DNA of 63,848 bases, filler included, from Collodictyon triciliatum (taxonomy: Eukaryota): the NCBI GenBank assembly GCA_043381765.1. It is 4 parts of 4 records of this genome, joined end to end, with 100 filler letters (N's around TTAATTAATTAA, not from the genome) between each part and the next. Parts side by side here need not be neighbours in the genome. Positions count along the whole stretch, not along the records: positions 30,214 to 60,134 come from JBHJMP010000950.1; positions 60,235 to 63,848 come from JBHJMP010001010.1; 2 more parts are not named here. One strand, written 5' to 3'. The translations under genes were made by a program, and so were the position numbers. How positions within the stretch are numbered: the first letter of the stretch is position 1; each line of letters begins with the position of its first letter. Below, in pieces: positions 49,536 through 63,848 of this stretch. Under the pieces are notes generated by a model, which worked only from the letters and a program-made list of their open reading frames with translations, did no database searches and was not told the origin of the DNA.

Positions 49536-49657
49536 GCTTGTCTTTCAAGCGCTCGTGTTCAAGCTTTGAAACGATGCAAACATGACTCGGGGGTTTTTTT
49601 TAACTCATCTTTTTTTTTCCCACCAATGGCGACTGGGTCGTTGCTTCCCTTCTCTCA

Positions 49658-49848
49658 CAAAGAAAGAAAGAAAGAAAAGAAGAAAAGAAGAAAAGAAGAA
49701 AAAAAAGAAGAAAAGAAGAAAAGAAGAAAAGAAGAAAAGAAGAAAAGAAGAAAAGAAGAAAAGAAGAAAAGAAGAAAAGAAAAAGAAGAAAAACAGAAGA
49801 AAAACAGAAGAAAAAGAAAGAAAAAGAAAGAAAAAGAAAAAAAGAAAA
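49658..49848. repeat. (AAGAAAAG)-type purine-rich repeat downstream of the TBC gene
   Basis: Directly visible. Confidence 0.9.
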
Positions 49849-50680
49849 ATTACATTTCCAAACGGAAAAACAAAAAAACAATCTCTCAAGAAGCAGACGG
49901 TCAAAATAATTGTATTCATCATCGCAGGCCCTCGTAGCTACGCCATCAGCATTCAATCTGTGACAAACATTTTCAATCAAAAGCAACGAATCAAAACACA
50001 AACACTCTTGCATTTATTGAAATGATTTCGAGGCATTTTCTTCTGGGTTGTGTCGATTGGTCTCTGATTCTGTTTATCTTCTTTTCTCTCTTAGTGATAT
50101 TTTATTCTCTTTCTTTGTCTTCTATTTCCTCGATAAGTTGAACACACACACACAGACTCCCCGATTCTTCTATTTTGAAGGCAAATAAATAATACACAGA
50201 TTGATAGACTTGTCTGTCCGCTCGGCCATTAAAACGATATGCATACGTCGCAATGACAAATCAGGCACATCTTTATATTTCATAGAAGAGAAAAATATAA
50301 AAAGAGGAACGAGCATTGCCCTTCGACAAGTCTTGAAATTGGCCGTTTATTAGAAGAAATAAACAACAAAGTGAATGCACAGACGGAAGGAGTTTGCTCG
50401 CAAGACATGTGTTGCCATTTCATACTCTGCGCGGATGTTGGATTAAGGGTCGCTTCCTTGAACTCAAAAGCCATCAGTCGTCCGTATTGCTTCGGGACGT
50501 TGCCGTCTTTGCCGAGTGCATGCTTGTTGGAGATTCTTTCAAGATGAATGGATGTGAAACGACGCGACGGCCGAGACACGGCAATCAGTCAAGATATCAG
50601 CGAGCAATAAGACTGGTCCGTTTGCCAGCATTCAGTAGTAGAGGAAAAATATATACATTTTTTTTAAATAGGAATTAAGG

Positions 50681-55448
<4,768 letters not shown>

Positions 55449-56490
55449 CGCTTCTTCTCTGCACAGCGGACTTGCTTTTCCCTTTTCCCTTTTTCGCTTT
55501 CCTCGTCTTTTCTTTTTTCTTGGTCGGCCGGCTTCGCGCTCCCTTTTTCGAATAAAACATTATCAATAGAGGGAATCAAACTCCGTGCGTTGAAGCAGAA
55601 CAACGGACGCAACACCTCCGCGACACACACAGATTCGCACAGGCAGAAAAGAAAAGCACGGTTCTGCAAAAGTGCTGGCTTTGAAAGAAAAGCGGAGGCT
55701 AAATACCGTGAGAATAGTTCAGTACATTCCACATAAGGACAACGGTTTGTTTAGAGCCTTTTCGCTGGCTGTCAAGCGATTGAAAACACACCCAGCAACA
55801 GGCGGCCGGCGGTCGAGATCAGCAGGAGAATGGAGAGACAGGTACTCTTGAAGCCGATCCTGTAGCATTCCTTCATGCTTTCACTTCAACTTCTATTTCT
55901 CCAACCATTACTTTTAACTTTACTGTTCTAGTTCCTATTATTAGCATTGCATGAAGCTTTTCAGTAGAAAAAAAAAGTCCTTTGTCTTGATCCTTTTTCT
56001 TCTAAACTGCCTCAAGTCCTGACCAGGATACCCACCTTCATTTACACAATTCTACAGAAACAAGTTCAAGAAAAATCAAGAGGTTTTGAGGCGGCATGCG
56101 ACAAGGTTGACAGCAGCCATCATTCCATGTTTTATAATTCTTACTAACACATCATATTCATGACCGAATATTATTTTTTTTATCTAGCAGTTTTGCCATG
56201 CCCAGATACTTATGTATTATCTAAGGAGGAGCTGTTGACAACTTATTGTTTGCTTCTTTCCACTTTAATTACTCCTAGTTTGCAGATTTTTGCGAGGCCC
56301 TGGATGCAAAAATTGTGAAGTATTTCTCGACTTGGCCAGACATCCTTAGCGAAAGAGAACGCAGGGCGTTTGGTGATGTAATATTTAGTGAATAAATTCG
56401 GGGAAATAAACTGCATTACATCGATTCTTGGGCGAGCCTGGCATCCTAGATGGACCACTGTTGCATAACTTTTCCTTATAAAATGAATGG

Positions 56491-58587
56491 ATGAAACATA
56501 ATGGCCAACCTAATTTACAATCACTCACTAATCACAAAACAATAATCCAGTTGAGCGACTGTCGGGCCCAGAATATGAAGCTTGTCTCTACAAATGAGAA
56601 TTACTGCATGCTCGTAAAAAAGCACGGAGACCAAGTGGCTTTCAATTTGCAGAGATCAAAGAAGACTCCCCTGAATATAGTGCAGCTGAAGAGCATATTG
56701 ATTAGGATTGAGTTTATTGCAAAAATTTCATTACCCGAAACACAAAAACCACAACTAATTAGGACTCATTTCGAGAGTTCGGAGGTCATGACATCTGGAT
56801 ACGAAATGTATGCGTATGTGTACGTAGGAAAGTGGCGAATCAAAAGAGACATTAACTCTACAAGAGAAATCAAATCAATTGGTGGAGAGAACTCCAGGGA
56901 TGTTGTGTTCAACAGCCCAAGTGCAATTGCCGTTCACCCCATTTCAGGAGATGTTTTTGTTGCAGACGCAGATAGCAATCAGATACAAGTTTTCACATCA
57001 AAATTTGATTTTGTGTCGCGTTTTCGTCCAAATTACCATGAAAATCTTATTCCCAGCGTATTTCGCTCATCCAGGAAATCTTTCGTATCATTTTTCAAAA
57101 AGAAACCTCTCCAGACTACTCCCATGACGACAGAGGAAATCGATACGGCTATTACATCGTTTCAACCATTCCATATGTGTTTTTCAAACGATGGTATCTT
57201 TTTGGTGGTCACAGACCGAGCTAATAACGCATTTGCCGTCTTCAATGCCGCTGGACAAACAAAACACATTTGTGGAGGCGAGGGAGAAAGCCCTGGGCGA
57301 TTCGACAGTATATACTGTGCTGCCTTTGACTCTAAAAATTATCTGTATGTCACGGACTGTGCCAATTCTCGTATCCAGAAATACAACACAAACTTTGAGC
57401 TGACCGATATATTCCGGCAATTGTCTCATACTTCGAAGGCAAATTATCCCACCGGAATTGTGATAGATAAAGAGGATATCATATATGTTTCTCATAAAAA
57501 TTCTGATACGATACTGGTCTTTAATACCGATGGCCATTTCTTAAAGACTGTGGTAACTGAATATACAAGCACTGCTATATTAGGATTTGGTCCATGTGAC
57601 ATGCTCTTCCTAAAAGATGACTGGAGCAAGGCAACATTCTTTGAAAAAAGCGGAGGAATCAAGAAAAGACTTCTATTAGAAAGACCTGGAGGCGTGGCAT
57701 TTAATGACAAACAAGAAATGATTGTGACTGAAACATCTGCTCGCAAAATAACCTCGTATTCAGTTGATTGGAATGTGGATTCGATAGAGTTCCCTTGTAA
57801 ATCGAGCCCGAGCAATCTTCTTAAACCTATGAATTTTTGTATCCATCCAATTACAGAAGAAATATATGTCGCTGATACAGATAAGCCTTATATTCTTGTT
57901 TATTCCCATGATTTGGTTTACATTAACCGTGTGACTTTTAGAAATGTGCGCGACATTGGAGCCAGATTTTTTGGTGTCTCCATCTCGAGCGATGGAACAA
58001 TACTCGCAGTCGCCGACCACGGGCATAACAATGTGATTTTGCACAACATGGTCAGCAATACAACCCGGATAATCGGTAGTGTCGGGACTCACGCAGGGGG
58101 CTTTGACGGTCTCACATCTGTCACCTTCGACAATCAAGACAATTTTTACACCACAGAGATAAAGAACAGGAGGATTCAAAAGTTCAACAAAAATGGTGAG
58201 TTTGCAGGGTTTGTCGGAAACGTGGATGGCAAGCCTTTGAGAAATCAGCCATTTGGGGTGACGGTGAACGATACAAATGAGTTGGTTGTAAGCTATTATC
58301 AGGCGCCCATTGTGTCTATATTCTCCACACTATCGCTAACCCTCTTGACGGAGCATAGAGTCAACACAAACGGAGAGACAACGCTGTCAAGAGGGCCCAA
58401 CAATGGTTTTGTGCTGTGCCACAGGTGTGGGGTTTTGACAAGGGACTCTGGACGCATTTTTATTATCTCAAACAGCGGTGCCGTGCTGAAGTCTTTCGAG
58501 GTCAAGAGCCCGTGTGGGGCTGTGTTTAACAGACATGGCCGTCTGATAGTGCTGAGTCAAATCTCCAAATGCCTGTCCGAATACTGA
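56491..58587 (+). CDS. NHL-repeat protein with probably two six-bladed propellers; true start probably in upstream exons (candidate ATG at 55830)
   Basis: FNSPSAIAVHPISGDVFVADADSNQIQVF, GRFDSIYCAAFDSKNYLYVTDCANSRIQKY, PMNFCIHPITEEIYVADTD, GGFDGLTSVTFDNQDNFYTTEIKNRRIQKF. ATGGAGAGACAG|GTACTC at 55830 looks like a first exon. Confidence 0.85.
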   Translation: MKHNGQPNLQSLTNHKTIIQLSDCRAQNMKLVSTNENYCMLVKKHGDQVAFNLQRSKKTPLNIVQLKSILIRIEFIAKISLPETQKPQLIRTHFESSEVMTSGYEMYAYVYVGKWRIKRDINSTREIKSIGGENSRDVVFNSPSAIAVHPISGDVFVADADSNQIQVFTSKFDFVSRFRPNYHENLIPSVFRSSRKSFVSFFKKKPLQTTPMTTEEIDTAITSFQPFHMCFSNDGIFLVVTDRANNAFAVFNAAGQTKHICGGEGESPGRFDSIYCAAFDSKNYLYVTDCANSRIQKYNTNFELTDIFRQLSHTSKANYPTGIVIDKEDIIYVSHKNSDTILVFNTDGHFLKTVVTEYTSTAILGFGPCDMLFLKDDWSKATFFEKSGGIKKRLLLERPGGVAFNDKQEMIVTETSARKITSYSVDWNVDSIEFPCKSSPSNLLKPMNFCIHPITEEIYVADTDKPYILVYSHDLVYINRVTFRNVRDIGARFFGVSISSDGTILAVADHGHNNVILHNMVSNTTRIIGSVGTHAGGFDGLTSVTFDNQDNFYTTEIKNRRIQKFNKNGEFAGFVGNVDGKPLRNQPFGVTVNDTNELVVSYYQAPIVSIFSTLSLTLLTEHRVNTNGETTLSRGPNNGFVLCHRCGVLTRDSGRIFIISNSGAVLKSFEVKSPCGAVFNRHGRLIVLSQISKCLSEY

Positions 58588-58999
58588 GTCGATTCTGCTC
58601 TTAGTCGCAGCCAGGAGAAACCAACCCTCTCTTTCAACACTTTCCCCTTCCGTTTTTAAGATTCTTGATAAACAAATGAAGAGCAATGAGAATAACACGC
58701 GTTGAACAAGGACGACATAATCACTCTATTGTGCACAAAATATGATTCATAGTCATTAAGTTTATATTTTTATCTTTTGCTCGTGTTTGGTGGTGTGTAC
58801 CGTAATGCTGCGCATTTGCCCTGTTTTCACGTTAATGCCCTTTCTGATTATTGAGGGATGAACGAGACCCTATGTCGCCAAGCCTCACAACGGTTGATTT
58901 TATTCGCCTATTGCGAATGCCAAACAATCCGTGAAAAATTGTGCATTCTCCTTGTGCTAGCCCAACACAGGGATTCAGCTTGACAAACACACTCGAACG

Positions 59000-60134
59000 C
59001 ACGAGAATCGAGGACACAACTCGACCAAGGCCCCTCGGCCACACCGATGCGCCGATCAAAGAGAGCCCAGGAGCAGAACCTGTACGAAGCCGGCTGCCAC
59101 GTCCGCCTTCGAAGTAAGAACAAACTGCCCCAGAACCACGAAGCCCGCAACCAAGCGAAGAAAGAACTTGCCCAAGTCTTCAACTCAAGTGCTACGAGGA
59201 GAACGTGAACATGCAACTGTACGGTCAACCCCAAGGATACACAGTAGCCTTCCCGCACCAAGAAAAAGCCGCAGAGTTTGCCAAAGCAGGACAGTTTAAA
59301 CTGCTTAGCCGCTTCTTCCGCCCATACCAAGAGAGGCCACCTCTCCACTCCGCTATCATCGGCGATATCCCCCAGGCTTCATCAAGGCAGACATTGAAGA
59401 GGCCTGCAAAGTATTTTTCTCGCCTACCATAGTTTACTACGAAGCTGTGGACGGCATCTGGACCAATGATGCGCTGGTCAAGTTCCAGGCATCAGAACTT
59501 TCCAAAGTACCAAATAAGAAAATAAACTTGCAAGGATTCCTCGTCCCCTTCATACTCCTCCCTGAACGGAAGGAGAAGCCCAAACACGATACCAAACATA
59601 ACAAGCACCAGGACAAATACCACGGTAAACCCAACCGCAAACCCTCGCAACCCACGCAGTCCAAGAGTGAAAGACGGCCCATCCCTCCAGGACACCATCA
59701 CCTGAAGCGGAAGAAGAAGAAAATGAACCACCTCAGCCCACTACCGCCACCCAACCAAGAAGCTCCTCTCGCAAGGAACTCCCAAAGAAAGTAAATGAAA
59801 CTTTGGAAATGCGCATCACCCTGAAATCAACCGAACAAACAGACCAAGGCACAGTTTCTTCGCCTGGAAGAACCCCTGAGAGGAAGACGACTAAACCAAA
59901 TACACCAGCAGCAAACCTGAGCTCCAAACCCCAATCTAAACCACCGAGAGCAGAAAGGCCTTCATCAGCGCCTCAATCCAACCCGACAAAACAAACGAAA
60001 ATACCCAACTTCATGCTCCAGAAGAGCCCCGATGTGACCCCAGCAAAGCATGTGCAAAAATCGAATAGCCCTAAAGAAGCAAACTCCAGCAACGACTCGT
60101 TCCATCTCTCACCTGCGTCCCAAGAGGCAGGGAC
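59000..60134 (+). mobile_element. Decayed non-LTR retrotransposon ORF1/gag-like fragment (frameshifted), truncated by a gap
   Basis: Intron-free, A/C-skewed sequence. Consecutive frames give YTVAFPHQEKAAEFAKAGQFKLLSRFFRPY...IIGDIP and DGIWTNDALVKF...VPNKKINLQGFLVPF (RRM-like LINE ORF1 pattern), then a Pro/Lys/Ser-rich tail. No RT or endonuclease is visible. Confidence 0.45.
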
Positions 60135-60917
60135 NNNNNNNNNNNNNNNNNNNNNNNNNNNNNNNNNNNNNNNNNNNNTTAATTAATTAANNNNNNNNNN
60201 NNNNNNNNNNNNNNNNNNNNNNNNNNNNNNNNNNCATTTTTTTTTTTTTTTTTTTTGAAGAAAACTTGTATGTTACCTTTTTGCCTCCGCAATCCTCACA
60301 CTTCAGCACGGACCTAGAATATACCATAAGATTATCAACAATAAAATAGAGTGTTTCAGAAAAAAAATATATGAAGCTTATGTAGCTTCAAAGTCAAATG
60401 TTTGTTTTCAACTCCCATCCACTCACGGTGCTAAGCCCACAATACCATTAACCCAAAAGGAACAGTATGGAAAAAAAAAACCGTTTTTGTATTCAAGTTT
60501 GCTGACCCCCACGCTTGAGAATCGCACCGCGATGAGCTTTGATCGGCTCCTGGCTTCGCATCAGCCTGTGCCTCAACTGCCGGCTAAACCGCTTTCACCT
60601 CGTGCGTCTTCACATTGTGCCGTCTCTTTCGGCCTCGAGGCTTGCGGTGCGTGCAGTCCCGACGTCGTTCCTGGGCTGCAGTCTCGCGCTGCGTATCGGC
60701 TTTGCAAATGAACCAGCCGCGGTTCTCTGGCGTGTGCGCTTCTGCTTGCCCTCTGTGCTCTTTGTGTGCGTTGTGTCATTTGTGTGCATAAGAATTCTTT
60801 TTAATAAAAGTTTTTTCTTTTTGGGAAGTTTGGTAGGCATTTGTTACGAACATAACTGCTGTTGTTCGTTGGTGGAAAAATGTGTGGCATTCTGTGGGCT
60901 GTGGATGGTTGCTCGTG

Positions 60918-61200
60918 AAAATCCAAAAATCCAAAAAATCAAAATCAAAATCAAAATCAAAAATCCCAAATCAAAATCAAAATCAAAAATCAAAAATCAA
61001 AAATCAAAATCCAAATCAAATCAAAATCAAAATCAAAATCAAAAATCAAAATCAAAATCAAAAATCAAAATCAAAATCAAAAATCAAAAAATCAAAAGCA
61101 AAATCAAAATCAAAATCAAAATTCAAAATCAAATCAAAATCAAAAATCAAAATCAAAATCAAAATCAAAATCAAAGTTAAAAATCAATTCGAAAATCAAA
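60918..61200. repeat. Degenerate (AAAATC)n tandem repeat
   Basis: Directly visible. Confidence 0.95.
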
Positions 61201-61419
61201 CATCCGGCGAAAGAGACATCCACGCAGAGTTACCACAAAGCTACTGATTATATTTGCCAGCATTCGCGGAATGGGCCCAGAGCAACATATGGAAAAGTTA
61301 TACAAACTTGGTTTTCTTTTCTTTTTATTTTTATATAATTCAAATCTTTTCAATGTATTATTTTTTAAAAAAAAACTAATAATCATATCACATCGGTTAT
61401 TGAAGGCTCTAACGCGCAG

Positions 61420-63780
61420 TGCGTTCTCCAAACGTACCGCCATCATCATCATCATGCACCATCATCTCAACCACATCACCAACGAAAGAAACGAATAGAC
61501 TGTCGCTTATTCAAAAGAATGCCCCACAAGGATTTCCACAAAAATCTCCGCTCTCGTGGATGGAGCACTCGCCTTCGATATACAGGGACCAGGTTGGCCA
61601 ATTCTTCCTCGTGGGTGTCAAGGTAAGAAGAAGCAGACTCTGCAGCTGCAAATGGGCACAGAAGCGGAGGCCTTTGGGGGCACAGTTGGGTGGAATAGTC
61701 CAAAGTCCGTACCAAATATCAACCAACACACAGACGATGTCGTCGAAAGATATTTTATCTTCCACTATGAATGCATGTGCGTAATAATTATTGAAGTTAA
61801 TCAAGGAAAAATTACTGTTTTCTCATTTCTCGTTTCCTTTTCCTTTTTTCTCTTTGAAAATATGTTTTTCTTTCTGTCCCGTCAATAAAATCCGTCCGCT
61901 TCATTAAACTATTTTTTTTTCATTTGAAACGGTTGTTTGTTATAAAATCTTACCTGAGATCGAATGACTTTTATCCAAGAATCGAAAAGTTTTTTCAAAA
62001 AAGTGGGTCCCAGCAGTGCATAACACAGAAAGTTTTTGGAAAACTGAGAGGATATCTGTAAAAATGCAGTATGTGAACTGAGTAAGGGCGGGGTCGATGA
62101 AGTTGACAAAATGATTGGGCAATGAAGCCTAATTGGATTGGGATTGAATATCGCAAGACTATTTTAATTGGATAAATTCAAGAAAGTCATGATAAAAAAA
62201 AAACAATGACAGTGAAAGCGCAAGAGTTTTGTCTTACAACCAGCCTCCAACCGATAAAGACGGAATATTTTCGTATCTTTTATCATATGAGGCTAGTCCC
62301 AAAACGCCCCAAACAGCTGGAGAATAAATAGTTCCAACCTTAAAATGATTTATTCTTTGTCAGCAAGTAAGAGTTCTTAGCAATATAAAGTGTGGTTTAA
62401 AACAGCCAATTATGATGAGCGAGCAGGTTAATTACTTCCTATTTGAAAGTAAAAAACATCGTGTAAATCAAAAAATACAGAAATAAATAATGTGAAGTAA
62501 AACCCTACAGCAACAAAAGTTAAATCCCTCACAGGGAAGCTGCCTTCTGGCACGCCCCAGAACCTGGCTGAATACAGTGCGACATAAATACACTGTGTAT
62601 GTAGATGAAGAGACTTTGACCAATGTTTGCGCAAGAATGCTAAATGGAATTGAAATGAGCCTAAACTGGGATAGACTCTGAGAATTTTTCAACTCAGGTG
62701 TTAACGTAATGAAACCTTATCGCGATGGCCTTCAAACCATATCTTTTTCGAAAAGAAAATCCCAACAAAATTGAGGTCACCGCCGACATAATGATTACGG
62801 GAAAAAGGGGTCGCGTCCTTTATCAGTAGATTTTGAAAGTTGTATTTAGAATTATCGAGTAATGTTTTGATTGTGAATGTTCCTTTTCTCCTCTCTGTAA
62901 AATATAGCCAAGGGGCTGAGTTTTACATTTTACCCTGCCCTGGGTATATGTCCGCAGGCTCGTCTTCCCACAATAACGAGCAAAACTCGCCCGCCCCGCC
63001 CCGCTTTCTTCTCTAGCGATGGTGTAAAATGCTCCATAGATTTTTTGAGCGCCCCTCCAGATCTGAATTTTTCATACGAATCCTGTGTAATTTTTTTGTG
63101 GATAAAATAAAAGGTACAGTGCTAATACTCGTATGGTTCATAAAAAAAGATCCCTATTGCAAAGGGGAGAGGATTTTACCTGTTTTGAAAAAGAAGTCCA
63201 GAGCTCGAAAAGAATGCCTTCTATCTCCTCAAAATCTTTTTCTTTGATGTTCTACAGCTTTATTCTTAATACCCCGGCTGGGCACATGCGAATAAATTAA
63301 TCAGTATTCCCAATGAAGTGCTTACAATAAATACTTGGACGAATTTTGTGGTCTGCTACTGCGCTGGCTTCCTGGAATATAACTCGAAAATAAATGAATA
63401 GAGGATAGAAGTAGGTAATAAACCAATACAATAAAGAAAATATGAACAGTTTTTTTGGGTATAAAGGCAGTGTGCTATGTTAGGAAAAAACAATCCTTGG
63501 GAATCTGTAGAGCAGTACTTCGAAAAAGCGACCCAAAAATATATACATGATCATTTTTGTTGTCCCCCAAATACATTATTTATCAACGATAAGTATCGAA
63601 TATACAAAACCCCGGCTTCGTAGCCCAGCAGCCAAGTCCATCTTATTGAAAATATATTCGATCAATTAACAGGGAGTTTATGGCAGGACATTCATGAAGA
63701 GAAATCATGTATACTGCTGCACAAACAAAAGTATCCCTTACCCAGTGAGAATTATACCAAAAAAAAAAAGAAAGTATCGC
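61420..63780 (-). other. Possible multi-exon gene or spliced transcript of unknown product
   Basis: A series of AG-exon-GT(A) blocks on the minus strand (e.g. ~62129-61954, ~62338-62238, ~63082-62934, ~63780-63742). No convincing, recognisable protein could be assembled. Confidence 0.3.
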
Positions 63781-63848
63781 CTTGAGTTGAAAACATGGAA
63801 AAAAATCAACAGTATCGATCGATTATATAAAATGGTTATTTATTAAAG

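Overview
Eukaryotic, intron-rich, AT-rich genomic scaffold from a probably flagellated protist. It uses the standard genetic code, has GT/GC-AG introns often filled with microsatellites, and contains five N-gaps. Gene models were spliced by hand. In order: (+) a 5'-partial membrane class III nucleotidyl cyclase with M1-C1-M2-C2 layout whose catalytic residues appear lost; (-) a PH-domain protein; (-) SNF1/AMPK alpha; (-) a PH-like + VPS9 Rab-GEF; (-) a giant ~2,738-aa protein with a predicted signal peptide, 53 WD40 repeats in a 7-repeat superperiod, a poly-Tyr loop, a basic linker and a complete 7-bladed FG-GAP propeller; (-) a bacterial-type DUF2905 membrane protein; (-) a RING/TRAF-zinc-finger protein; (+) a TM-PH-PH-PH-SMP lipid-transfer protein; (-) RRP17/NOL12; (-) RAD1; (+) the last repeat and EF/IQ tail of a voltage-gated Ca/Na channel; (+) a TBC Rab-GAP; (-) ARMH1; (+) an NHL-repeat protein; (+) a decayed retroelement ORF1-like fragment. 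The best candidate for an undescribed system is the secreted multi-propeller WD40/FG-GAP protein. Next are the pseudo-cyclase, the apparently orphan channel repeat and the DUF2905 gene. No database searches were run; family calls rest on recalled motifs.
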